Below are positions 51,606-64,000 of a stretch of DNA of 64,000 nucleotides, piece after piece; position 1 is the stretch's first letter; every line of letters starts with the position of its first letter. This stretch comes from Tubiluchus corallicola (Eukaryota > Animalia > Priapulida). Under the pieces are notes generated by a model. It saw nothing but the letters and a program-made list of their open reading frames with translations. It had not been told where the DNA came from and made no database searches. Position numbers and translations under genes: made by a program. The stretch is taken from NCBI GenBank assembly GCA_030141605.1, contig JAQGDQ010000032.1, positions 1-64,000 on the forward strand, written 5' to 3'.

Positions 51606-54600
51606 TAACCATCCACTATCGACTGACAGATCGACCGATTAATATATCCATCTACCTATTTATCTCTTTTTGTTTTCATCTCTCTTTCTATTTTTTCTCT
51701 TTCTCTTTCTCTTTCTCTTTCTTTTTACGAAACATCTCTTTTCCTTTCTTCCTATCTTCTCTACGTTTTTTCTGAATCAATGTCTCTGTTTAGCAGTCTC
51801 ATCATTTTTTGCATGTCGGTTTACGACAGGTGAACAGAATGACGCAAACTACCGAAAACCCTTTTCGTTTTGTCAGGCATTATGCAATTATTTCGCGAAC
51901 AAATGGCCAGCCAAGCTCCCTTTACTAATGTCCTAATAAGCTGCCATTGTGTCGAGGTATAATGGTGACACGAAAAACCAAGAGGATGAATCTGGAAAAG
52001 TGAATAGTCTGGCTATTGGTTTTAAGGAACATTTTTGGGTTAAAAATCTCAACAAGAATACTTACAAGGATGTTGTTTGCCGTGCGCATTTTTGTGGCTC
52101 AGGCGACCATTTTACATTAATGAGTTCTTCACCTGTCGTAATATAATGATCTGTGCGGGAGTCAGGTGGGAAAAACTTGCAGGCAAAAATTGTGCCTATT
52201 AGGTGTAATGTGAGAACGATTTTAGAAGATGATTCGAGGCTAAGCCGATTTTGGCTTGCTTTTTTCTAATGCGTTCGTCCACAGGCTTGTTTGCCAGTAA
52301 TAAGAGATAATTTGATGTCATTTGTCGTCAGGTCTGTTGATGTATTAGATCGTGTCAGGGTTGTTACTGTGGCATGAACTGTTGAAATATTACGCTCACT
52401 GCTTACAAGGAGAATAATCTTAAAGTTAATATACCTTTGTTATAGTTCTACCTACACTGAAGTTTGTTGTCTACATAGTAAACATTGATGACTGTTTTCT
52501 ACTGTTGCCTACAATTCCGTAGGCTTCACAACTAAAAAATAAGGCATATAAATTGACATTAGGGCAAAAACAGGTTACGTAAATGTAAATTTTTAAACAG
52601 TTCTTTATTGCGTGAAAAAGCATACGTCGACGTGTAGTGTAACTTAACGACTGCATCTTACACTTGTATCTTAGACGAATTGGCCTTATATTTATACCTT
52701 ATAGGCTCCAAGTGTATACTGATTACTGAAGCCAATATATGACAAGAGACACTTTAATTTCTCACAGTTGCTGACGTAAGTTGAATTTTCATAAAGCTTA
52801 AGTTGTGTGACTAAACTGTACAGCAAATGTGAATAGTGTTGTAACTGTATTTAATTACTAGGCTTTTTTAATTAACGCCTATTTTTAGGGCATGATTTGA
52901 CTTTAAAATAAGGTAAACGTTATTTAATTCACAACACAATAATTGATGCCCGCGAATAAATTTTTATAGCTACAGGAAAAAATACCTTAATCAATATGTT
53001 CTAAATTAAATCGCCGCGCAGAAGTTACTACGCCGTTAATACTATTACTGCAGTAATGCTATCTTTTTAACTTTTATTGAAGTTTTTGCTTATAATTACG
53101 GAGTACAAATTGTCAAACATATTCAGTAGGAATTTGCTTGATTACATTTACACACTTGATTCTTCCATAAATGTAATTGCCTTGACGTGATGTCCCTTAA
53201 ACGATAGACGTTTGCAAACTTTTCTAAAGTTATGCGCTGCTTTATACAAATTCATGCGGAAAATACACTCGTTTGGGCGAAGTGTACATTTTTTGCATTT
53301 TGAGCGCGTGCACTCTAATAACGCTAAATGGCTTAGAATGTGACATCAATAAATGCAACACGCAGGTAATGTATTGAAACCCGTTGAAAAGAACAGGATT
53401 TCGTATTGAACGTTATAAACATTCTGAATTTTTGTGACTAATTTGCTTTTACCTGGTTAACAGCAACTGTACAATGAAGTGTGAAAATTAGTGTGACGTG
53501 TTAGCTATGTAAACAAACCGACCGAGCAAGCCTCTACGGGGCTTCTCTGAACCTGAGGTGATAGTGAAAATAACTTAGAGTATGTATAAATTATATTTGG
53601 GTGTTCTCTTGTGTTTTTGTTGTATGCTAATAAATTTTGTAATTAGTAGCAGGTGTTAAGTAGCCTATTCTATTAAAGAGCTACCGTGGTATTTGTCGTG
53701 AAACGCTGAAACCCCTAGTTTCATACCGCAACCCTAAGTTAACTGCATGTTCGCGTGTTTACAGTAATTGAGAAGTTAGAATTCTTTGATATCGTGAACA
53801 TTAATTGGCTTCGCAGCTTGTTGTTTGTTCATGGAAATCTGCATGCAGTCAACTGCGGTAAATTAAAGGTTTCTGTGTCTTTTTTACATTTTTCGCAGAA
53901 TCATAGAAATAATTGAAAAAAAATGGTATTGTCCCTTTTATTTTGTAAATATGCATGTTTGGGTTGTAGTGAGTGTCTGTAACAACTTAGTTTGTTGTGA
54001 TTTTGTAAGTAATAATTTGATTTAATCTATTGGGTTAACAATTAACAAACACAAATACATTACAATTATTATGCAATCCATATTTATAAAATATTAATGA
54101 CAATAAGGCAGATTACGTAAATCACAGCATCATAATTTGATGTATAATATACCCAACTGAAACACATGATAGTCGAACGCTAAAATAACATAATAGTAAT
54201 ATATAAATAAAATCCTGTAAAATCAAAAGTAGTTTAAGCAACAGTTCGCTACGGGTCATAGGCTTTTATAATCTCAATGTGCTTTTCTTTGCCCGTATTT
54301 CATTGGGTGTGGAGCATCGTTATTTTACTCACACCTAAAAAGACTATACAGCTTATATTTACAATTGTGTATAAGGATGTAACGAGATATTTTATGAATT
54401 TAATCATTTAGGCACAGATAACAAATTTTTCACTCTTTAGTTTATTTATTTTTTATTAAAAACCCATTCTTCTACAATTTTGGTTAGACTTTAGCGGTTT
54501 TACATTTACAAATTGTAAAATTGCTGGCTTGGTTGATTGTGGTTCAACTGCAAGCGTAGTCTAACCTGTCACGGAAACACCGTTCAAGGGAAACGGTTAC

Positions 54601-57600
54601 AAACCATATAATTATACAAAAATATACTGCGCCTTTGTGTACAACAATAAAGTGCACCACCTATGTTTACATCAGCTGAATTTATTCAGTCGCTTCAATC
54701 TGTATGTGTTGATTTTCATTTGATCGGAACAGTATTGAGAGATGCTTAGTTTAATACCCCGGATGCCTTCCTAAAGCTGTAATCTCTGCGTAATAGTTAC
54801 AATCCATTTCACGTGATTTAATATGTATAAGAGAAAATGCCAAAATGCAAATCACCTGAACGCCACGATGAAGCCATTGAATGACAAAGAAACGACTTGA
54901 CATGGCCTTTGGGGACGTTTTTCACACGTTGAAGCTCCCTTCATCCTTCACTAATAATTTATGCCAATGCATTAGAAGGAATATTTTATGAAAATAGCAA
55001 TAATTCAGCTCTCGTCAGGAGAATAATTAAAATTTTAATGTCCGCAGAATCCACGCCGCAAACCGGATTTTTACGATTTCGTCTTTCTTTTCATTGGATT
55101 TAGTTGGTCAACAGAGAGTCATCGGGGAGGCTCTGGGCGAGCAAATTTATTTTATAACTTTCATCCTTTCCGGTTATCTGTAGTAGGTGAGTGAAAAGTT
55201 TGAATTATTCAGTGTCTGCCCTTATCAGGTTTCACAGTGAAGACATAGCTGCATGTAAGAACCCACACATGCGCGGAACAACTCGCGCAAGCTCATGGCG
55301 CCCACGTCTGGAGGAGCACGCACGCCCAGATTGCTTAGTATTTTCATGAAGGACTTGTGTAAATGTTATGGTTGCTGGCCTTACCTGCTAATTTTGTACT
55401 GATTGACTCATGCGTCTTTTGTGGCCTCAGAAATGTCTTAGGAAAACTTCCAAGCCTTTTTGGTTTTGTGTATAATAGCTCCGTTGTCATTCGTTGGCAC
55501 TTAGCGCAGCCGGCATCTTTTTTAATACCTTATTGAGTAAATATGTGGTTGAAAAGGTTGAATGAAAAGTTAGCCAAATTAAAACCATGAATTATGGAAT
55601 TTGAAGACTATTATGAGTAAAAATTTATAACTGCGTGACAAGTGCGAGAAACCCTAATTTATCGGCACTTCCTGAGGTCTACACACTACAAATTTTCGAT
55701 AATCAATGTTCCCAGTTGTTTTAACTTGGATTTATAAAATACTTAAATTATGTGTTAAAAGTCGGATTCCTATTTTTATGGTTCGAAAAATAATTTGTGA
55801 ATTTCATTTAAACGACGCTGATAAATCTGTATATTGCGGGACATATTACACATAATATCGATGCTGCTCTTGTTATTATTGAGCGGTTATAATACGTTAT
55901 AAACTCTAACATCAACAGCATGTTAGACTATCAAATGTCTTCGCCTCTTTTGTGGGCAGTTGCAATTCCTGCAGCTGATTGGATGCACGGTTGACCTATG
56001 TAAGCAAAGGGCACGTAATCTCGTTACTGATCGACACCTAGCATTGTGTAGCAGTGAACTGGGTAGGTGGTTCTTTGCACTGGCTTCAGTGTGGCTTATG
56101 GAGCTGCGAAGCCATTTTAATGCACTGCATTGGTCAAAGGTCTGGCTGATGTCACGACTTGTGATTTTAGGAAGCCAACTGAATGGCTTCAGTTTGTGGT
56201 TCAGTTATGAATTGCAGGCGGTATTCATTTGGGGTTAGTTGCTGTCTGCGAACTAATGGATGAGTGACTCAATGAATGACCAAACTAACGAACGAACGAA
56301 TGAATGACTGAATCAATGAATGAACGAACTAACAAACTAATGAATGAACGAATGTTGCGTAAGTTAGACGTAGCAGTTATTTTAGTGTTCACTAATGCTA
56401 GTCTTAATAATTATTTGAGTATTTACTATAATTATTTAATTATAGTAATGATTATACATGTATTAATGATTATAGATGTGCGAGTCACATTACGCGATCA
56501 GGCATTTGACTTTCACGATTATTGTGAGTTTGGACCATAATTCATTTATAATCTGAGCACTGAATTTTTATACAAGTAATACTTTTCTCTTCTGCTTTCT
56601 ACTAAAACAATTGAGTTGCAAATTTAAATTAGTGGTGTAGTAGCAAAACTAAACCTGTGATTATAATTGCAATTAAATATATGATGATTCCATCAACCAC
56701 TTTTACATCTACGCTTCACGACTCAAGTTAGAATCGCCATTTTTTTACATCTCAGAAATAGGCAAACAATGGGCATCATGCATAAAGCTGTGGCCATTCA
56801 AGAGTTTTGTCAAACGTTAATATCTTGATCAAATCTCCTATTTGCACTTTCTATTCATATCTACACATCCTATTGACACACGAGGTTGGGGTACTCCCCT
56901 TTGCCGTTAAATGATCAGCAGGTCCATAACTTGTGCCCTTTGTCATTATTTGAGGCAATTTTTGCAAGATGTGCTCTTGTATGTTTGCTTTCGCGGGCCT
57001 CAATGGCAGTTTGTTTGGCAAAGCTACCAATACTCATTTGGTTTTCTGGTGTATTTCCACCGCAGCTGGCTTCTTTTATTGGCGTTTAGCAAAGGAGTCT
57101 TGTGCAAGAAAAGTGTGGCTTCTTCCTTTCAAAGTCACTTTTATTCTGAATTAAGCACTCTTCACTTATTGTTTAGGTTGCGAAACAAAGTGATGTGTAG
57201 ACCAAGCACTTGCATGAATAAAATAAAGTTACCTCCGTGTTTTTATTACATTTCAAGTATATTATAGTTCTATCTGTTTAATTATAGTTTTGCTACTTTT
57301 GTCCTGTGAAATTTAATCAAACTAATAAAAAATAATCAATTAATCTGTTTAAATGTAGGGCAGCTTAATTGTAACATTTGCTCGTTTTTGATGAAAATTT
57401 ACTATTTAGAAAGGAAAGGATCTTGTGTCAATATCTACACAAGTTCTGTAAGACTGCGTTTATTTAAGATATTATTAAAGTAGTTTTACTTCCGGATGTT
57501 TTTTAAGACGAAAAAATTATAAACATCCAATTGGGTTTTGCTTAGTAGTTTTATAGAAGAGATTAAAAGGTTGTATTAAAACAAGTGACGGGTAACAAAA

Positions 57601-60247
57601 ATCGGAACGCTCAATTAAGTGAAAAAAATGGAATTGACTAATATGATTACGTGGCAATTTTGAAAATTTACTGTGGTAAGACTTTTAAGGTTTTAGTAAG
57701 CGAAAGTACCTAACTTGTTTTGGTATAATTTTGCAGATATAAAATTTCACGTTTAAATCACAAGTAGTCATTCGTTGATTTGAATGTGAGGCCCATTCAC
57801 AATTTTGTTTGTTTATAAGCACTTGTTACAAGTAGCGTTGATACATTCATCACACTTACAATGCACAAGTGATTTGTGTGAAAGTATAAGTTTCTTACAG
57901 TTCAGCAAGTTTATTTTATTGTCTGGCGAATATTACATACTTATACATTTTACATGTGAATGCTTTCCGCAGAGCATTGCAACTCACTTGACTGGCAAAT
58001 ATCTGTTTTGTTCAGCAAGTATCGTAATGTTGTTCGAGTGCACGGACCCGGCCGGCAACTGAATGCGCAGATAATCCAACCTCCTCTCCCGGATTGACGA
58101 CGATGAAACGCCATTTCCATTTAGGCTTAATGAACCGCATTAAATGACGTGCATAAATTTCGAGAGCCGTGAAATGTGTCGTCGCAAAATGAAGTGGTTC
58201 AAACGTAAGGACGAAATTTGCCATTCGCGCAATTCGGAGCAATTATTTTAATTCAATTTAGGCGGAGTATTTTCGAAGAGGCGTTCGACAGAAATTCTCT
58301 GCGGCTGAAACAGCAGATTTAAACATTGTGACGCCGCAGTATAATGCATTGTATCATAGAGCTGAATGCCACTGATTAGGTCTAGTAGAGCAGATTATGT
58401 TGCAGCCGCTGCAGGCTCAGTTTTTTATTCAAGCTGAATACGTTATGGCTGCGTGAGCTTGAAAAACCATTGTCCAGCTTGCTGTTTCGTTACCCAATAC
58501 TACTGCTGACCCGAATTTATCCACAGTTTTTCCTGTACACGTATGACGGAGTGAAGAAATGACATTGTACTTTCCCTATCCAGATGCTACTATTATTGTG
58601 TAAAGCCTATTTCTCTTTACTGCCCTCTTTTTCTTTCACCGTACGCGTCCCCATCCGTCTTCTAAAAGTAATGGCAATTAATCTTCGTAAACAAAATTGA
58701 TAAAAGACGGAAACAAGAGACTCTTTATACCAATTGCTTTCCATTGTCGTTTAATTTAGTACATAAGCAAACGGTATAATAGATTCTGGCAGTTTTTACC
58801 AATTTACTTACTGTTAATAATAAATTTTGCACGTTTAAATTTGTTAAGTTTTGCGTAGTATAGTATTCAATTTTTGCCCATAGTGTGCTTTGACAGCTTG
58901 CAAATTAATAAAATTTACAGCAGATTAACAAAACGGTTAAACAAAATACAAACAACGTTTTATAAATTTTGCTCCTAATAGCGTATGTCTATTTGCATAA
59001 TTATAAAAAGCCTTCCGTACTTAACTCGTCTTTGTTGTTCGAAGCCCTTTAAAGTTTGCTGTAACCAACAAAAAGAATTTTCAGCTGCAAGTGATTAATT
59101 TCATATATATGGATTCTAGCCTAGCTTCTCAGCAGCAGTGTGAGTCAGTGAATCAGTCAGTCATTTATCATAAAACTGCAAAAAGGATTTTAACTGAACA
59201 TGACCAGAATCTAGGCCTTATTCCTCTGTGTCAAGGTATCAAATTGACTTCACGTTCTAAAAATAATAAAAAACTTATACATCCCATTTTGTTTTATAAC
59301 ATGATAATATTTTTACAGTTTAGTTTTTTTGCTAGCATGTAATCGTAGGTTATTTCGTAGATTCCTTTCTTTTACGTAAATGTCGGTATATTTTACTTAT
59401 TAAATGAATTTTGGGTTCGTGAAATGCGAATTAATTAACATGGTCGCAATTCAGTAAGTCCAAGTGTGTGGATATTTATGCTGTTACTTAAAAAGTGTGG
59501 TCACTTTCAGCAGCTAAAGCCTGAGGTATATTTGTGTTTTTAAGTTTTTTTGTGTTTTAAGTACGCTGTTGAACATGAAGTTGTTTTATGTAAATCAAGT
59601 GTTGTTAAGCAGTTCGCTGCTTATGCTCTAGCCCGCAATCATCATGAAGTTATAGATAAACAAACACTACTGTCGTGTTAATTATTTCGTTATCTCTGTG
59701 GAATTCTCAGACTCCGTCCAGCTGTGAAGATGAAGATGTGGTGAATAAACAAACCCTAAGCAATGCGGAAAATGATGATAAAGTGATTAGTTTTGATAAG
59801 TACCCAGATATCCGTTTTTAATAAACAACATGAGGTGACACTTGGTTTGGATCACAAAGTCTTTGACAGATAATTTTAAATGTTGACTTTACGTAATTTC
59901 TGCACGATCTTAAGTGTTAAAATCATGTAAACCGTGGATAAATATGGTAATCATTGACAGAGAAAGTTGTTATAAAATTAGGAAAAACTTTAGAAAGTCA
60001 CTTAAAGTTTTAGGTGATCAGTGCTTGTGTTTCGGCAGATTCCTAATAAAAGGAAGATTTAGATGAAGCACTTTATGCCGCATTACAAGTATTTGTTTGT
60101 TCTGTCTGAGTGAATAAACAACAGGCTAATTCTCACGCTGGTTCATAAAGATTTTATGTTTATACCCATGTCTGTATATGTTTATATGATTGCGGGTTTT
60201 GCCATTTGATCTGAAGCGCTTCCATTGACCTTTCCAGCCTGCCGAAG

Positions 60248-60263
60248 TGACCTCGCGTGACCT
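60248..60263 (-). promoter_or_regulatory. Perfect nuclear-receptor DR4 element
   Basis: TGACCT-cgcg-TGACCT, with an additional TGACCT half-site at 60226-60231. Confidence 0.45.
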
Positions 60264-60308
60264 GGTCTTAAATTAATGATATTCAATGTTTGTAATACAG
60301 TTTGTACT

Positions 60309-61648
60309 CAGGGCCGGATCATCCTACCGGCTAGTAGACTATAGCCCCGCAGCTTAGGACCCCTCAAGGTTTGGCAACATTTGGTAAAAAAATCGATTTT
60401 TTTCACTATCGCTTGTGTTGAAATATGTGCTAATTTGGTTTGCAATAAATAGTACAATAGTAGTAGTTCTTTTTTATTGACAAACAAAGACAAAGAAAGA
60501 CAAAGACAAAGAACATTGACAAAAAATATTTTATTGGCAAACAAAATTTAGCTATTCTAGTTTATTTTAAAAATTGCAAAAGGTTTGCTTTAAGCTGTGT
60601 AAGTGTCGCGAAAATATCTCACGAGTAAAAAATATTCAAGACGAGTGCAGGCAAGTTATTAATTGAGACATAAGGCTGAAATTCTCAAACGTAATGTATA
60701 GGCTGATTGTTCATTTAATTTAAAATTTGCTTCACGACGAAATCGCTCAACAAAGTTGCAAAGTGGTTATAATGTGTGGCTGGCCATGGTAACAGTTTCA
60801 AAATTATGATTGAGAGATATTTAGAACTGAATCGATTAAAACGCTTTAAGGAAATGCGTTGCGAGCACAGAGTTGCATTTTACTTCATTATTTCCCCTGC
60901 TAGAAACATGAATATCTTAAACAAGAAAGTAGCATCTAAATTACCATTAATGCAATATGGCTTCTTCGGGCCAAATAATTATGATAATAATATTGATGAC
61001 AATGATTGTGAAATGATAACCATGGCGAAGATGATGATAGTGATTGTAATGTGATGATAGTAAATATAAAGATGGTGATGATGGTAGTGATAATGGCAAC
61101 GACGACGATGATGCTGATGATGATCGATGGTGATGATAATGTAATTTATATGTGTCATTATAAAAACGGGCGCATTTGTAAACTGTGAGAAGACAATTAG
61201 TTTATCACTATTAGACCGCGATCTTTTTCTTACGTAACACTTTGCCAAATATTGCTTCACGTAATATAAAATGGCTTCTGCCATGTAGCACTTAATTTGT
61301 GTCTATTTGTCGTGCCATTCAACTAAAAGCATACTGTATTGTCAAATAAATAATGACCAAGAAAAAGTGCTTGTGTCTGGTATCCCAGCCTCTCAATTGG
61401 TAATCTTACAAAGAGCATCATGTCCAAGTGCCGAGTCACCCATGATATATGCCCTGCAATTATAAACCTATGCAGCAGTTAATTCATCTCGGATATTTCG
61501 GTTTTCTGTTATAAATATATTATGATGAATTTTCGTGGGAAGCAGTGGCGCAGCCTCTTGAGCACACACTGTTTAATGAGTAATGCACACGACAAGATTT
61601 TACACATGTTCACATTATTAGAATTGCGCTATATGCATATCCGGCCTG
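60309..61648. mobile_element. Possible old non-autonomous hAT-like DNA element
   Basis: Left end CAGGGCCGGAT and right end ATCCGGCCTG. The flanks tttgtact / ttgactta are only loosely similar, so no clean TSD. Confidence 0.4.
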
Positions 61649-62980
61649 TTGACTTAACTCATTTCTGAACAAATTGGGCAATTCAGAAAGCGTATAACTT
61701 GGTGTTTTTCTACTGGGCAGAGAGGGTGAGTTTGAAGTGGAACCAGGCGCAGCTGCGGCGGATCAAGGGGTATACCTGCTTCGGCTGCCCTCCTAACCTA
61801 GGTGTGTTTTTAAGTAATTGTTGAAAATAAAAAGTCAAAAACTGGTGAAAGCGTTTGGTACACTTTGATAAATTTTTGACAATTTGTTGTTTGCTAGCTA
61901 GTGGCAATTATTAACAATTATTTTAGATGCAGACCTAGTTATAAAGAACTTACTAACTAACTGATTACATTTCTAGATAGGATGATCGTTCTCTGAATTA
62001 GGCATAAATGTTGTCCAAAATGGGGTACTGATATTATAGAATTAAGAATGAATACTCACTGCTCATGGCTGAAAATTTTATGCCTTTTTACATGCATGAA
62101 GGTTAGTGAAGTTGGCGAATTTTATCACAAATTCTAAAATTTGAAACTGATACTCCATAAATGTCAAAATTTTGAACGTGTATAAATTGAGCGTTTTTGC
62201 GAACTGTTTCATGAAAGTATTTTAAACCCGTTGCTATTGTTGTCGTATGCTCGACAATTATTAGAAAAACACGTTTTTGTTGGAATTTTCACAATTTATG
62301 ATTTTCGTAATTCGTTAATTTCATGACTCGTTAATAAAGATACTCTTTTATACGGCTACTAATAATTTGCTTATATATATTGAATAACGTTTGAGTCAGT
62401 ATGTCCTGTGCACTAATCATTACATTTGGAATAATAATTTCAGTCGAACTTGAAGATCTATTTGGATAAACGCAGCGATTGAAGCATTTTTTGTATGACA
62501 CTCATTGCGCAACTTTCACTTCGCCAGTTTAGCCTCTGCCATGTCCTATAACCTGCAGACTTTGGGGGTGCTTATGAAAGCACTACTGAAGAAACTCATT
62601 GTGTGTTCCACCCTCTTCTTTATTGCTCCCTCTGGAATACTGCACACAGAAGCGTTTTGTCGTTTGGGGCAAAGGTTACGAGTTGTGCGTGAGTAACAAG
62701 CACCCACAAAATTATTAGAAACGGTCTGTTTCTGAAGTCTCAGCTTTACACGACATGGTAATCAGTTTTATTATATGTTGGTCAGAATCAGCACAAAGGA
62801 GTTTATGAATGTACGCAATATACACACATAAACCTTTTCTAGACTAGTTCTGTAGCTTCTATGCAGTGAGGTGCACTGTGACATTGGACTTTCCCTCTCA
62901 CTTATATTTCATTTTTGTTGAGGAACTTTCGCCTCTATAATTATCGATCTTTTTAATTAGAGTCAAAAAATTTTGCAGTT

Positions 62981-62993
62981 TGAACTTTGACCT
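62981..62993 (-). promoter_or_regulatory. DR1-type nuclear-receptor element
   Basis: TGAACT-t-TGACCT, the HNF4/COUP/RXR-type consensus. Confidence 0.3.
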
Positions 62994-64000
62994 AATTACC
63001 CTTTGTCGCAGCACGATGTTAATAATACTTTTTATATTTTTTACACAAAATTCCATTACAATAAAAAGATAAACTGCGCCTTAGTATGACAAGTGTAGTG
63101 TAATTCGGGGCACAGAGGAACGCTTTACTTCTTAAGGAAAGACACCTCTAGTTGCGCAGTTACCTCTCAACAGATTTGACTCTGGCTGTATTCTCCTTTC
63201 AAATACTTTTATTGTTCACCTTTCAAGCATTACCACACTTTTGCCTGTAAAGCATTTTTACGAAATTCGAAATTGAGGCATAGCAGAAGAACATAGCAGG
63301 ACAGCAAGTTTGAGCAACTTAAAGACACTGTCCAGGTATTTGCAAGTGAACGCCGTAAACCATATATACCCTTGTTGTATACCGGTATTTACCGTCACTC
63401 ATTTAACAGACAACATTAGCACGACTTGTATTTAATACACAAAATTAATAACGACTAACATGGAGCCTGATAGAAGGTACACGTTATGACGTTGACAGCC
63501 GATTAATAGTCTCTAACTCAATATTACCCGGCCACCAAACGCAGGAGAAAAAACTTCTACAACAAAAAGTACTAGTGGTAAGTCAATAAAGAATTGAAAA
63601 CAAAACTATTATTGCAGTGGTAGAGTAAATAAAGTAGCAGTAGACAGAAACTCAGTTTTAATCATTAAAAGAATTGCATAAAAATAACTACATTAATTTT
63701 TTTAGCATGCATTACTGTAACAGTAGAAATTACAAAAGCTAAAGCAACTATTATAGTAGGCTGTCCTAGAATAATGCAAAAAGTATGGTCTTGGATACAT
63801 GTGCTGTGACTGAAGCAACAAGAATGAAAAATCAGCCAATCGTCATTGGTGTGAAACCACAGAATTTCATTCAGAGGATTGCTTGCGCCTTTTAAATCAA
63901 AGTAATAATAATAATAAGCAGTTCAAAGTGTGTCTGGTGTAACTCGAGCCAGGGAACGCACTGTTCAGATTCACAACTGTCTATATTCGTTTCTGCTAAT

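Noticed and set aside
55218-55228. Match to the miR-184 3' end (gcccttatcag), and TAAGGCAC (miR-124 5' end) at ~49808
   Set aside because: Only 8-11 nt match, with no full mature sequence or precursor hairpin.
60021-60038. U6 snRNA-like 5' end (gtgcttgtgtttcggcag)
   Set aside because: Short gapped similarity, with none of the downstream U6 sequence such as the ACAGAGA box.

Overview
AT-rich, intron-containing invertebrate animal DNA, probably a protostome given the IR-type channel gene. It is not prokaryotic, and no rRNA or CRISPR arrays were seen. Bases 1-21.1 kb are a tandemly duplicated, partly decayed locus. It holds three intact class-A GPCR genes on the minus strand, each with a single coding exon and DQY in place of the canonical DRY, plus two GPCR pseudogene remnants. 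These are interleaved antisense with broken plus-strand exons of a JmjC (Cupin_8-like) plus EF-hand gene. The GPCRs appear to be nested in an intron of that host gene, and the host copies decayed while the GPCRs stayed intact. A ~118-bp-arm inverted repeat lies just downstream of GPCR1. At 27.9-29.2 kb there is an intronless ionotropic-receptor (IR/iGluR-like) gene lacking the amino-terminal domain. The remaining ~35 kb has no recognisable CDS, only microsatellites, MITE/SINE relics and enhancer-like islands that include two perfect nuclear-receptor DR4 elements. All alignments were made by eye and family assignments come from recalled motifs, not database searches.
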